From Escherichia phage sutha: a stretch of 64,000 nt of DNA. Below, piece after piece: positions 54,361 through 64,000 of the stretch. The stretch is taken from sequence record PV245934.1; one strand, 5' to 3'. Position 1 is the first letter of the stretch. Each line of letters begins with the position of its first letter. Under the pieces are notes generated by a model. The model searched no databases. It saw only the letters and a list, made by a program, of their open reading frames with translations, and had not been told where the DNA came from. The position numbers were made by a program, and so were the translations under genes.

Positions 54361-55023
54361 ATGGCTGATTTAAAAGTAGGTTCAACAACTGGAGGCTCTG
54401 TCATTTGGCATCAAGGAAATTTTCCATTGAATCCAGCCGGTGACGATGTACTCTATAAATCATTTAAAATATATTCAGAATATAATAAACCACAAGCTGC
54501 AGATAACGATTTCGTTTCTAAAGCTAATGGTGGTACTTATGCCGCGACTGTTCGATTTAATGGAGGAGTACATGTTCCTACTATAGGTAGTAGTCAACAG
54601 TGCGGCGTTTATCCAGGCAACGGTGATGCAGCTACTTTTGCTATGGCAAATATTGACATCGTTTCATGGAATGGTATTGGTTTTAAATCATCACAAGGTT
54701 CAGCAGACCGAACTGTTGTAATTAATGCACGTAATGGTGATATTAGTACAAAAGGCGTCGTGACAGCAGTAGGTCAAATAAGAAGTAATGCAGTTTCTCC
54801 TGTATCAGCAAATGACCTTACTAGAAAGGACTATGTTGATGGAGCAATAAATACTGTTACGGCAAATGCGAACTCTAGAGTGTTACGATCTGGTGACACT
54901 ATGACGGGTAACTTAACCGCACCAAACTTTTTCTCGCAGAATCCTGCATCTCAACCTTCACACGTTCCACGATTTGACCAAATCGTAATTAAGGATTCTG
55001 TTCAAGATTTCGGCTATTATTAA
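54361..55023 (+). CDS. 36: long tail fibre distal connector gp36
   Basis: 220 aa, position and size as T4 gp36. Confidence 0.9.
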   Translation: MADLKVGSTTGGSVIWHQGNFPLNPAGDDVLYKSFKIYSEYNKPQAADNDFVSKANGGTYAATVRFNGGVHVPTIGSSQQCGVYPGNGDAATFAMANIDIVSWNGIGFKSSQGSADRTVVINARNGDISTKGVVTAVGQIRSNAVSPVSANDLTRKDYVDGAINTVTANANSRVLRSGDTMTGNLTAPNFFSQNPASQPSHVPRFDQIVIKDSVQDFGYY

Positions 55024-55031
55024 GAGGACTT

Positions 55032-58000
55032 ATGGCTACTTTAAAACAAATACAATTTAAAAGAAGCAAAACTGCAGGTGCACGTCCTGCTGCTTCAGTA
55101 TTAGCCGAAGGTGAATTGGCTATAAACTTAAAAGATAGAACAATTTTTACTAAAGATGATTCAGGAAATATCATTGATTTAAGCATTTCCGCTGGCGGTA
55201 ATATCAGTGGAAATATCACTCAAACTGGCGATTATTTACAAAATGGAACATATAATCTTAATGGAAACCAGTTTGTTTATGCAGGAAAATATATTGAATT
55301 TTTACCTAAAACTGCTGGCAATGGTGCTTGGGCAAATCAACACAAAAATAAAGCTCCTATCTTTACCGATTTGAGTTCAACGACTTCTACTTCAGAATAC
55401 CATCCGCTAATTAAACAACGCTATAAAGATGGAACTTTTTCTGTTGGTACGTTAGTAAACGAAGGTAGTTTTAAAATTCAATATATCAATGAATCTGGTG
55501 ATTCAAAATATTGGACTTTTAATCGTAACGGTAGTTTTATTGTAGATAATGGCAGTATTGAAGTCCGTGCAGGTAATATTTCTGCATCAGGCAATATTAA
55601 CTCGGCAACTGGATTTGTTTCTGCACCGCGCGTCAATACAAAAAATATTAACCTGAGTTCTAAAACCTTTATACCGAATAATGACACGGGTTATGACATT
55701 GTTTCTTTACCTACTTGGATTTATAATCCACCAGCAGATGGTTCTGACCGTGATACAAACGGATTGAACTACATGCGTAAAATGCGGGCTTCAAATACTT
55801 CTAGCATTTTCCATGAAGTAGTTGACTGTCGTTCGGGAAAACCACAAGAAATTTCTTGGTGGACCGGCGTAGGACCTTCATCTTTCCAGTGGGCGTTTGA
55901 TACCTCTGGACGTATTACCGCAGGTAAATCTATTTCAGTAGGTCTTCCTGATAGTGGTACAAATGGTCGTTATCCTTTAGATTCTGCAATTTCTATTGGT
56001 ATTGCGATTGGCGATAACGATACCGGTATTAAATGGGTCCGCGATGGCGTTTATGACCTGATGGCTAACGGTATTTCATCCGCTACCATTTTGAATAATG
56101 GTATTAATAGTACTAAAAAATTGATGGTTGGTTATAGCCGTGATTCCGGCTCTACTTGGGATTTCCCAAATAACAACCAAGCAATGTTTACTGCGCGTAC
56201 CGATATTGATGGTAATAATAACGGCGATGGTCAGACTCATATTGGTTATAGCAGCAATTCTAAAATGTATCACTATTTCCGTGGCACGGGTCGTATGGCT
56301 GTCGGAATGGCTGAAGGTTTAATTGTTGAGCCGGGTATTTTAGATATTAAAACTGGGTCCAATAGAGTTGCTATTAGAGCAGATGGCACATTTGACTCAA
56401 CCCAACGTATTTCAATGCGTACTGGATTATTTTTATCAGGTGATGATAATACCAATGCTTTGTCATTTAAAGCGCCTACAGGTGTTGACGGGACAAAAAC
56501 CATTAACTGGGATGCAGGCACTCGTAATGGTCAGAATAAAAATACTGTAACCATTAAAGCGTGGGGTAACTCATTTAACTCAACTCCAGGTAATAGAGAA
56601 ACTGTATTCGAAGTTTCAGATTCACAAGGTTATTATTTCTACGCTCAACGCACTAATCCTGCGTCAGGTCAAACAGTAGGTCCGGTTAACTTTAAATTTA
56701 ACGGAACTGTCGAAACAGGCCATATCATAGGCCTTGGAAATATAAGTGCCTCCGGTACAGGTTCTTTCGGTGGCAATGTTACCATGTCTAAAGGTTTGTT
56801 TGTCCAAGGTGGTTCTTCTATTACTGGACAAGTTAAAATCGGCGGAACTGCTGATGCATTAAGAATTTGGAATGCTGAATATGGTGCTATTTTCCGTCGC
56901 TCGGAAAGTAATCTTTATATTATCCCGACTCCTAAAGGTGCTGGTGAAAGTGGTGGAATAAGTAATCTCCGCCCATTAAGTATTAGTCTTAATAATGGTA
57001 TGGTACAAATGCGCCATTCTGTTACATTAGGTGATGATGGGTTAGGCGGCAATATGGTTACTGTTGATAATGATAGTAAACTTGTCGTGGTAACTTCTAA
57101 TACCAGATTAAGCCCTAATTTCCGCATGCAAATAGGCCACTCGTCTTATATTGATGTTGAATGCACTAACTCTGTTCGCCCGGCAGGTGCTGGTTCGTTT
57201 GCTTCACAGAATAACGAAAATATTCGTGCACCGTTCTATATGAATATCGACCGTGGTGATAATAGTACTTATATTCCAATTTTGAAGCAACGTTACGTTC
57301 AAGGAGATAGTACTTATTCTATTGGTACCTTGATTTCTCAGGGAGACTTCCGCGTCCATTATCACCAGGGAACTAGCACCAATGGCGTAGATTTGGGTTG
57401 GGAATTCCGTCGCACAGGCGATTTCCGCGCGGCAGGTAAAATTATTGCCGGCGCTGCCACTCTTGGCACTGATGGTAATATTACTGGTGGTTCTGGTAAT
57501 TTTGCTAACTTAAACAGTACAATTGAATCACTTAAAACTGATATTGTTTCAAGTTATCCTATTGGAGCTCCAATTCCATGGCCTACAGATACTCCTCCTA
57601 ACGGTTACGCTATTATGGAAGGTCAGACCTTTGATAAGTCTGCATATCCAAAGCTAGCTGTTGCATATCCTAGCGGTGTTATTCCAGATATGCGCGGGCA
57701 AACTATCAAAGGTAAACCAAGTGGTCGTGCTGTTTTGAGCACAGAAGAAGATGGTGTTAAGGCTCATAGCCATAGCGCATCTGCTTCAAGTACTGACTTA
57801 GGCACTAAAACCACATCAAGCTTTGACTATGGTACGAAGAACACTAATAGTACTGGTGCTCACACTCACTCTGTAAGTGGTACAACAAGTGCTGCTGGTA
57901 ACCACGCTCATCACTTAGGTCTACTATTAGTTAACGGCGGTGCTGCTTTGTACGGTTATACAACCATTGGTAACAGTCTACCTAGAACACTTGACTGGCT

Positions 58001-58232
58001 TGACAGAAGAGACAATAAGTTCCCTAACACTAACACAACTGGTAACCATACACACACATGGTCTGGTACTACAAGCGGTGCTGGTGACCATTCCCACTCT
58101 GTAGGTATTGGTGCTCATACCCACACGGTAGCGATTGGTTCGCATGGTCATACTATCACTGTAAATAGTACAGGTAATACAGAAAACACGGTTAAAAACA
58201 TTGCTTTTAACTATATCGTTCGTTTAGCATAA
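55032..58232 (+). CDS. 37: long tail fibre distal subunit gp37 (receptor-binding)
   Basis: 1066 aa; C-terminal His-x-His repeats ([41 protein letters not shown]) and end [11 protein letters not shown] as in T4-type gp37. Confidence 0.93.
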   Translation: MATLKQIQFKRSKTAGARPAASVLAEGELAINLKDRTIFTKDDSGNIIDLSISAGGNISGNITQTGDYLQNGTYNLNGNQFVYAGKYIEFLPKTAGNGAWANQHKNKAPIFTDLSSTTSTSEYHPLIKQRYKDGTFSVGTLVNEGSFKIQYINESGDSKYWTFNRNGSFIVDNGSIEVRAGNISASGNINSATGFVSAPRVNTKNINLSSKTFIPNNDTGYDIVSLPTWIYNPPADGSDRDTNGLNYMRKMRASNTSSIFHEVVDCRSGKPQEISWWTGVGPSSFQWAFDTSGRITAGKSISVGLPDSGTNGRYPLDSAISIGIAIGDNDTGIKWVRDGVYDLMANGISSATILNNGINSTKKLMVGYSRDSGSTWDFPNNNQAMFTARTDIDGNNNGDGQTHIGYSSNSKMYHYFRGTGRMAVGMAEGLIVEPGILDIKTGSNRVAIRADGTFDSTQRISMRTGLFLSGDDNTNALSFKAPTGVDGTKTINWDAGTRNGQNKNTVTIKAWGNSFNSTPGNRETVFEVSDSQGYYFYAQRTNPASGQTVGPVNFKFNGTVETGHIIGLGNISASGTGSFGGNVTMSKGLFVQGGSSITGQVKIGGTADALRIWNAEYGAIFRRSESNLYIIPTPKGAGESGGISNLRPLSISLNNGMVQMRHSVTLGDDGLGGNMVTVDNDSKLVVVTSNTRLSPNFRMQIGHSSYIDVECTNSVRPAGAGSFASQNNENIRAPFYMNIDRGDNSTYIPILKQRYVQGDSTYSIGTLISQGDFRVHYHQGTSTNGVDLGWEFRRTGDFRAAGKIIAGAATLGTDGNITGGSGNFANLNSTIESLKTDIVSSYPIGAPIPWPTDTPPNGYAIMEGQTFDKSAYPKLAVAYPSGVIPDMRGQTIKGKPSGRAVLSTEEDGVKAHSHSASASSTDLGTKTTSSFDYGTKNTNSTGAHTHSVSGTTSAAGNHAHHLGLLLVNGGAALYGYTTIGNSLPRTLDWLDRRDNKFPNTNTTGNHTHTWSGTTSGAGDHSHSVGIGAHTHTVAIGSHGHTITVNSTGNTENTVKNIAFNYIVRLA

Positions 58233-58237
58233 GGAGA

Positions 58238-58251
58238 GGGGCTTCGGCCCC
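58238..58251 (+). terminator. hairpin GGGGC-ttcg-GCCCC
   Basis: Perfect stem with UUCG loop between genes 37 and 38. Confidence 0.55.
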
Positions 58252-58259
58252 TTCTAAAT

Positions 58260-58811
58260 ATGAAAATCTATCATTATTATTTTGACACAAAAGAATTTTA
58301 CAAAGAAGAAAATTACAAACCGATTAAAGGTCTTGGTCTTCCTGCTCATTCAACAATTAAAAAACCTTTAGAACCTAAAGAAGGATACGCGGTTGTATTT
58401 GATGAACGTATTCAGGATTGGATTTATGAAGAAGACCATCGCGGCAAACGAGCATGGACTTTTAATAAAGAAGAAATTTTTATAAATGACATTGGAAGCC
58501 CAGTTGGTATAACTTTTGATGAACCCGGCGAATTTGACATATGGACTGATGATGGTTGGAAAGAAGATGAAACATATAAACGGGTTTTAATTCGTAATAG
58601 AAAAATTGAAGAATTATATAAAGAATTCCAAGTATTGAGTAATATGATCGAAGCTTCAGCTGCAAATAAAAAGGAAAAATTCTATCATCAAAACCTTAAA
58701 CGGTTCTTTGCTCTTTTAGAAAAGCATGAGCATTTAGGTGGTGAATTCCCTGCATGGCCTGAAAAAGAACGGAAGCCTTGGTATAAGCGTTTATTCAAGC
58801 ATTACGTATAA
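58260..58811 (+). CDS. 38: tail fibre assembly chaperone gp38 (T4 type)
   Basis: 183 aa; T4-type short gp38 rather than the longer T2-type adhesin gp38. Confidence 0.85.
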   Translation: MKIYHYYFDTKEFYKEENYKPIKGLGLPAHSTIKKPLEPKEGYAVVFDERIQDWIYEEDHRGKRAWTFNKEEIFINDIGSPVGITFDEPGEFDIWTDDGWKEDETYKRVLIRNRKIEELYKEFQVLSNMIEASAANKKEKFYHQNLKRFFALLEKHEHLGGEFPAWPEKERKPWYKRLFKHYV

Positions 58812-58832
58812 ATATCTTAAAAAGGAGGGTCT

Positions 58833-59489
58833 ATGTCAGCACCTAGAATATCATTTTCGCCCTCTGATATTCTGTTGGGTGTTCTAGATCGCTTGTTCAA
58901 AGATAACGCTACCGGGAATGTTCTTGCTTCCCGGGTAGCTGTCGTAATTCTTTTATTTATGATGGCGATTGTTTGGTATAGGGGAGATAGTTTCTTTGAG
59001 TACTATAAGCAATCAAAGTATGAAACATACAGTGAAATTATTGAAAAGGAAAGAAATGCACGCTTTGAATCTGTCGCCCTGGAACAACTCCAGATAGTTC
59101 ATATATCATCTGAGGCAGACTTTAGTGCGGTGTATTCTTTCCGCCCTAAAAACTTAAACTATTTTGTTGATATTATAGCATATGAAGGAAGATTACCTTC
59201 AACAATAAGTGAAAAATCACTTGGAGGATATCCTGTTGATAAAACTATGGATGAATATACAGTTCATTTAAATGGACGTCATTATTATTCCAACTCAAAA
59301 TTTGCTTTTTTGCCAACTAAAAAGCCTACTCCCGAAATAAACTACATGTACAGTTGTCCATATTTTAATTTGGATAACATCTATGCTGGAACAATAACCA
59401 TGTACTGGTATAGAAATGATCATATAAGTAATGACCGCCTTGAATCAATATGTTCTCAGGCGGCCAGAATATTAGGAAGGGCTAAATAA
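58833..59489 (+). CDS. t: holin T
   Basis: 218 aa; ...PRISFSPSDILLGVLDRLFKDNATGNVLASRVAVVILLFMMAIVWYRGD... single TM and large periplasmic domain; matches T4 holin by recall. Confidence 0.95.
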   Translation: MSAPRISFSPSDILLGVLDRLFKDNATGNVLASRVAVVILLFMMAIVWYRGDSFFEYYKQSKYETYSEIIEKERNARFESVALEQLQIVHISSEADFSAVYSFRPKNLNYFVDIIAYEGRLPSTISEKSLGGYPVDKTMDEYTVHLNGRHYYSNSKFAFLPTKKPTPEINYMYSCPYFNLDNIYAGTITMYWYRNDHISNDRLESICSQAARILGRAK

Positions 59490-59762
59490 TTATTTGTTCG
59501 TATACATCTCTAGATATCGATATACACCCTCAAAACCCTCGTTGAATTCGTCGATGAGGGTTTTCTTATCTTCTTGAGTTAATTCAGAAACAATTTTACG
59601 GAATGAATTCTGATTCAACTTTCTACCTTCATGCGTTACTCCAATCTCATTCAGAAATGCAATAAAATTAGCGCGATTCTCAACAATATCTTCTCGGGAA
59701 AATTTAATCAAAATAGACGCAACAGTAATAATTTCACGAACTGTATCAATATTTTTATTCAT
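59490..59762 (-). CDS. asiA: anti-sigma-70 factor AsiA
   Basis: 90 aa; MNKNIDTVREIITVASILIKFSREDIVENRANFIAFLNEIG... matches T4 AsiA by recall. Confidence 0.93.
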   Translation of the reverse strand: MNKNIDTVREIITVASILIKFSREDIVENRANFIAFLNEIGVTHEGRKLNQNSFRKIVSELTQEDKKTLIDEFNEGFEGVYRYLEMYTNK

Positions 59763-59790
59763 TAACTATACCACTCAATTAGTTGACTTT

Positions 59791-59823
59791 ATTATAATAT
59801 CATCAGACACTTGATTTGTAAAC
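59791..59823 (-). promoter_or_regulatory. early promoter for asiA (GTTTAC -35, TATTATAAT -10 region)
   Basis: Minus GTTTAC-AAATCAAGTGTCTGATGA-TATTATAAT ~30 bp upstream of asiA ATG. Confidence 0.6.
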
Positions 59824-59923
59824 TGGTCTGTGTTATTTTCTTCAAAAATTTTTTCTACGAATTCTTTGAACGACTCACGTTCCTGAGCTACATTATGCTC
59901 GATTACCTTTTCAAGATTATGAC

Positions 59924-60202
59924 TCATTCGAAATAATCTTCAATTTCGTAATCATGGACGTAAATCATTATAGTTTTTAATACGTCATCAATACTTTTTC
60001 CTGGAGCTGGAATTACGTAAAAATATCCCGCCTTTGAGTTATCTTTATAAGTTCCAACCAAGAAATCATTATTTTCAAGATGTAGTTCTTCAACTAATTC
60101 ATTAACAATTGAGTGGTATAAATTTGGTAGAAACTTATATAGCTTTTCTAGAATATCAATTTTGATTGTATATTGAACTACAGATTGAGAATCAATAATC
60201 AT
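59924..60202 (-). CDS. arn: anti-restriction nuclease Arn
   Basis: 92 aa ORF at the T4 arn position, acidic. Confidence 0.75.
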   Translation of the reverse strand: MIIDSQSVVQYTIKIDILEKLYKFLPNLYHSIVNELVEELHLENNDFLVGTYKDNSKAGYFYVIPAPGKSIDDVLKTIMIYVHDYEIEDYFE

Positions 60203-60285
60203 AGACCTTCCCCTTATGTTTCTGTTTGCGATTAGATTCTTTAAACGCTTTCTTTTTATCTTTATGGACAGAAGCTTTATTAAAA

Positions 60286-60504
60286 TTATGTTTTGCGACT
60301 AAATTGTTCATAGTGCTGAATTACCTCTCTTAAGCATTTGCATGTGAATGAAAACTTTTTAGCTACACCACATTCAAATATATGTTCTCTTAAATCGCGT
60401 GTATCGGTATATCCCATCTCAACAATAAAATGCCGTATTAGATTTTTATCTTTATCATTGAGAGAATTAAAATAATCAGATTTTGAATTAATTTCCCTGG
60501 CCAA
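60286..60504 (-). CDS. hypothetical protein (arn.x position), Cys-containing
   Basis: 72 aa ORF. Confidence 0.55.
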   Translation of the reverse strand: MAREINSKSDYFNSLNDKDKNLIRHFIVEMGYTDTRDLREHIFECGVAKKFSFTCKCLREVIQHYEQFSRKT

Positions 60505-60784
60505 ATTGAATCACCTTCAGTTGACGTTTTAACTCTTTTATCATTTCTTCGTTCATCGCAATATAAAGATCGCGTAAAGCAGGTTTTAGCGTTCCATTTA
60601 CTGGAGAACTAAATGGACATACATAATCTTTTCCTACAAGCTTTTTGGTGAATTCCATATCACAGAACTTAAATCCCGGCTCATTGGTATAAATTCCCCA
60701 ATTAGTTGACATCATTTTATTAGCATATTCCAGTGCCTGGATTTGATTCATAATTCCATCAATTTGAAACTTTTTAATATTCAT
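60488..60784 (-). CDS. hypothetical protein (arn.x position)
   Basis: 98 aa ORF. Confidence 0.6.
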   Translation of the reverse strand: MNIKKFQIDGIMNQIQALEYANKMMSTNWGIYTNEPGFKFCDMEFTKKLVGKDYVCPFSSPVNGTLKPALRDLYIAMNEEMIKELKRQLKVIQFGQGN

Positions 60785-61244
60785 TAGTAAAGGTCCTCAG
60801 AGTAAAGTTCTTTTTCACTACCACCACGTTCAATACGTACTTGTCCAGCGTAAGTTGCAATAATCATTGCTTCTTCACGTGTCCAATAATTACTATATTG
60901 GTCAATAAACCCTTGGTCATCATCACAAACTTGCTGAGTAACTAATTGAGGTTTAACTACATCTAAAACTTCTGCCATATCTTTAGAATAATGACGAGCA
61001 CCTGGAATAATAAGAGTTCGTCCATCTTTTAATTTAAAACGGTTGGCTGCGCAAACAATTCGTCGTTGATACTTTTGATTTTCATCCCAATATGCAGTCT
61101 GCCAACAGATTTCAGGAACTTCATCTAAACATTTTGTTCTGTATATTCACCACCGTAAGAAGCTAATTTAGCAGCCAGACTTTCCGGAGTCTCACGAGAT
61201 AAAGCTTTATCTAACAGAGCTAAACGTTCTTTAAAAGTTTTCAT
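60784..61244 (-). pseudogene. hypothetical gene disrupted by an apparent 1-nt frameshift in a T4/A4 homopolymer at 61132-61135
   Basis: Hand translation: ATG at 61244 gives 39 codons ending at TAG (61125-61127); the +1 frame stays open from 61149 to 60784 with no ATG before MAEVL...; one extra A in GAACAAAATG joins them into ~153 aa. Confidence 0.5.
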
Positions 61245-61570
61245 TTAAACCATCCTTTAATACGCTGCCACAAAGTTTTCTGTTGAGCTTTGTTGACGCC
61301 AATTGAGCGAATAACTGGTTGAGATTCCTGGAATTCTTTATAATCAGCAAGGTAAATTTCGTAAGCTGCATCTGTAAATGAACTTATTGCTGCCATAAAA
61401 TTATTGCGAATACCTACTGGAGCATCTTTACTTTCACGAATAATCATGTATTTACCAGTCTTAATCTTTACAATAGTTCCAAGATAAGCTCCATGGTACC
61501 AAATATCCCAACCCTCTTGAGTAGGTTCTGCGCAACGACGAAGTTCATTAACAATTTCTAACTTGTTCAT
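61241..61570 (-). CDS. hypothetical protein
   Basis: 109 aa ORF, start adjacent to motA stop. Confidence 0.6.
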   Translation of the reverse strand: MNKLEIVNELRRCAEPTQEGWDIWYHGAYLGTIVKIKTGKYMIIRESKDAPVGIRNNFMAAISSFTDAAYEIYLADYKEFQESQPVIRSIGVNKAQQKTLWQRIKGWFK

Positions 61571-61580
61571 TATTTATTCC

Positions 61581-62216
61581 TCACAGTTCAGATGCTACAG
61601 TGATTACAGCTTCAATGTTTTCTGCCGAGCGTTTAATGTCAAGATACACATTACCGTTTTTAGCGATTTTACATGACATTCCGATATCAGTAAATTTCTG
61701 AATATGATGTTCCATCATTTTGTATCCAAAAATTCGCATATTTCCATTGTTGTTAATTTCAAAATTACGAATTCCGTGAGTGCGTTTTTCTAAAATAGCG
61801 AGATAGTTACTGCGATAAGTTTCAACCTTTTTAAGAACAAATCCATTTTCATCTAAAAGTTTTAACATGAAGTCTTTATCTTCTTCCATATCAGAAGTAA
61901 TCTCACGAGCTTTACGAGTTGCTCGTTTTTTCAGCAGTTCAGGAGCATTTTCCTGTGCGTATAAAGTTGCTGCATTTGAAATAATATCCTGAGCTTCACC
62001 AGTAATGATTAATCCATCACCAGATTTCTCCACCAGGCCTTTTTTAATCAATACCCCAATATTACTATTAACTACTGCGTTACCTAAATCTGGATGCACC
62101 TCACGAACTTCTGCAGCTGTAATGAAATCTTTCTTAGCAATAGTAATTAAAATCGCAGCAGTTTTTTCATTCAGAACACCGTTAGAAGCTTTGATGATGT
62201 AAGTTACTTTAGACAT
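61581..62216 (-). CDS. motA: middle-mode transcription activator MotA
   Basis: 211 aa; MSKVTYIIKASNGVLNEKTAAILITIAKKDFITAAEVREVHPDLGNAV... matches T4 MotA by recall. Confidence 0.95.
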   Translation of the reverse strand: MSKVTYIIKASNGVLNEKTAAILITIAKKDFITAAEVREVHPDLGNAVVNSNIGVLIKKGLVEKSGDGLIITGEAQDIISNAATLYAQENAPELLKKRATRKAREITSDMEEDKDFMLKLLDENGFVLKKVETYRSNYLAILEKRTHGIRNFEINNNGNMRIFGYKMMEHHIQKFTDIGMSCKIAKNGNVYLDIKRSAENIEAVITVASEL

Positions 62217-62257
62217 TTTCTAATCTCCGTAATTCTGTATCAGTAGTTGATAGTTGT

Positions 62258-62287
62258 ATAGTACCACAGTATGCTTTGGTTGTAAAC
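62258..62287 (-). promoter_or_regulatory. early promoter for motA within repeated cassette
   Basis: Minus GTTTAC-18 bp-TACTAT; cassette shared with 45921-46008. Confidence 0.6.
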
Positions 62288-62318
62288 CGTTTTGTGAAAA
62301 AATTTTTGAAATAAAAAA

Positions 62319-62338
62319 GGGAGAGCCGAGGCTCTCCC
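62319..62338. terminator. terminator GGGAGAGCC-ga-GGCTCTCCC
   Basis: Perfect 9-bp stem with flanking A-run and T-run. Confidence 0.7.
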
Positions 62339-62343
62339 TAAAA

Positions 62344-62493
62344 TTACTGCATGAATGTGATAACTATCATGATAACACGTTGAATTCCGAACGCAAGAAG
62401 ACCTCCTGCTACGGCTGGAACAACGCCTAAACCCGCCAGTAAAATGCTACCAGATACTAATGCAGCGCTTGTAATACCTATGAATGGACTCAT
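62344..62493 (-). CDS. small hydrophobic membrane protein (52.1 position)
   Basis: 49 aa hand-found ORF MSPFIGITSAALVSGSILLAGLGVVPAVAGGLLAFGIQRVIMIVITFMQ; ATG overlaps gene 52 stop. Confidence 0.55.
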   Translation of the reverse strand: MSPFIGITSAALVSGSILLAGLGVVPAVAGGLLAFGIQRVIMIVITFMQ

Positions 62494-63818
62494 TTGATTT
62501 CCTCTAAATCTTTGGTGTATTCAGTAACTACATCAGTAGTTTTCCAATATTCGTTTTCTTCTTTTTTAGCTTTAGCTTCTTCAGCAAGTTTCTTCGCTTC
62601 ATCGGAAGTCATATGAAAAATATTCATTCCAACTAGTTTATCAACATAAGAAGAATACATATCGATTTTCGAAAGTTCTTCGGTCAGTTCTTTACGAGTT
62701 TTACCTTGTACAACAATTTCACCTGAAATTACTTTCTTAATGAAATGTGCCTTGGCAAAGGCTAAACGAAAAGCTGATTCAGTTTCTTTAATTTTGTTAT
62801 CAATTCGTTTTTGAACATAAGTTTTACGAACTTCAACAAAGTCTTTAATTAAATCAACTACGTTATCGTAAACTTGTAGTTTTCCTTTCTCATTAATAAC
62901 GGTAATATTCTGAGAACGACGCTCAATCAACCCGAAGTCTTTCATAATTTTTGCATGACGTTCTTCTTCATTATCGCTCAAAGAATATTCTTTGCGGAAT
63001 TTAGCTTTGAATCCAAAACCATGCTCACCGCAAGCATCATCCCATGTAATGAAGCCTTTATCTTCAAGCGGGTCTAAGATTTTACTCACATAAGTTTCAC
63101 GATCATACTTATACGGAATCTCAGTGATATGCATTTGAGTTCGTGAAGTAAACTTATATGTTCCACGAATTTCATATTGCCCATCAATTTCAACGACTTC
63201 ACCACGAAATTCTGGGAATTCTACCTTCGGTTTAGTTACTTTCTTTCCTTGAAGAGCTTGCAGTACAGCTTTCTTAACAGAAGAAACACTATGAGGAAGA
63301 ATGTAAGTTGCATAACCAGTTGCAATACCGGAAACGCCATTAAGAAGAACAGTAGGAATAACAGGCAAATAGAAAGCAGGCGGAATGTGTTCTTTATCTT
63401 GATGTACCGGAGCATATTCAGTATCTTTATATACGTTATAGAAATTTTTACTTACACGAGCAAAAATATAACGACTTGCTGCTGCTTTTTGGACAGTACG
63501 AGAACCAAAGTTTCCTTGACCATCTAACAGAGGAAAGTTATTATTCCAAGTGTTAGCCATCAAAGCACCTGCGTCTTGCGCAGAGTTTTCACCATGATGA
63601 TATCCAAGGTCCGCTACACCACCTGCAATAGAAGCGAGTTTGTGAAACTTATCTTTATTTCCTCGTGCCAAATCAAGAGCTCGAGCAATAACAAATCGTT
63701 GAACTGGCTTAAATCCATCAATCATATTTGGAATAGCACGATTTTCAACCGTGTACATAGCATAAGCCAATGCTTCATTATCAATGATACTTTTTAAATC
63801 GCGATTATTCAGTTGCAT
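62490..63818 (-). CDS. 52: DNA topoisomerase II medium subunit gp52
   Basis: 442 aa; MQLNNRDLKSIIDNEALAYAMYTVENRAIPNMIDGFKPVQRFV... GyrA-like active-site region; matches T4 gp52 by recall. Confidence 0.95.
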   Translation of the reverse strand: MQLNNRDLKSIIDNEALAYAMYTVENRAIPNMIDGFKPVQRFVIARALDLARGNKDKFHKLASIAGGVADLGYHHGENSAQDAGALMANTWNNNFPLLDGQGNFGSRTVQKAAASRYIFARVSKNFYNVYKDTEYAPVHQDKEHIPPAFYLPVIPTVLLNGVSGIATGYATYILPHSVSSVKKAVLQALQGKKVTKPKVEFPEFRGEVVEIDGQYEIRGTYKFTSRTQMHITEIPYKYDRETYVSKILDPLEDKGFITWDDACGEHGFGFKAKFRKEYSLSDNEEERHAKIMKDFGLIERRSQNITVINEKGKLQVYDNVVDLIKDFVEVRKTYVQKRIDNKIKETESAFRLAFAKAHFIKKVISGEIVVQGKTRKELTEELSKIDMYSSYVDKLVGMNIFHMTSDEAKKLAEEAKAKKEENEYWKTTDVVTEYTKDLEEIK

Positions 63819-63822
63819 AAAT

Positions 63823-63963
63823 TTACCATACTAGTGAATGTAGTGCCATAATAACATCAGAAATGAAAAGCACGACTTGAATTAATCCGAACATTATTCC
63901 GTAATATAATGCTACCAATAAAGTAGCAAGGGCTAATGAATAGCCCAAGATTTTCTTAATCAT
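63823..63963 (-). CDS. small hydrophobic membrane protein upstream of gene 52 (possibly ac)
   Basis: 46 aa hand-found ORF MIKKILGYSLALATLLVALYYGIMFGLIQVVLFISDVIMALHSLVW. Confidence 0.45.
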   Translation of the reverse strand: MIKKILGYSLALATLLVALYYGIMFGLIQVVLFISDVIMALHSLVW

Positions 63964-64000
63964 TAGTAGATAACAACACAAATGTTAAATATGCACACAT

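Noticed and set aside
59775-59927. 50-codon ORF between asiA and arn
   Set aside because: The interval contains the asiA early promoter (GTTTAC...TATTATAAT), which better explains the sequence; coding not excluded but unsupported
60192-60311. 39-codon K-rich ORF overlapping the arn start
   Set aside because: Very short, low complexity, overlaps both neighbours in alternate frames; no clear ribosome-binding site

Overview
This window is a contiguous ~64 kb segment of a T4-like (T-even, Tevenvirinae) Escherichia phage genome in the same orientation as the T4 reference, running from the 3' end of the tail sheath gene through genes 19-24, rnlB, hoc, inh, uvsW/uvsY, the baseplate hub cluster (25-26-51-27-28-29-48-54), alt, gene 30 and the 30.x early ORFs, rIII, 31, cd, pseT, spanins, alc, rnlA, denA, nrdB, nrdA, td (with its group I intron and I-TevI), frd, 32, 59, 33, dsbA, rnh, the long tail fibre genes 34-38, holin t, asiA, arn, motA and topoisomerase gene 52. 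Many proteins are near-identical to T4, but it is not T4 itself: nrdB is intron-less with no ORF between nrdA and nrdB, the 32/59 junction is compact, an extra antisense I-TevI-like GIY-YIG endonuclease with its own late promoter sits between nrdA and td, and a 68-codon ORF is inserted at the frd/td overlap. Gene identities come from my recall of T4 protein sequences, sizes and synteny; no database search was run. Late promoters (TATAAATA), early promoters (GTTTAC -35), a MotA-box middle promoter at uvsY, and GC-rich tetraloop terminators are visible throughout. No CRISPR array, rRNA or tRNA gene was found. The most interesting items are the extra homing endonuclease, the frd/td insertion, a NADAR/YbiA-like early protein, a HAD-like protein with a tandem 24-bp repeat, and a homopolymer frameshift in a gene between arn and motA.
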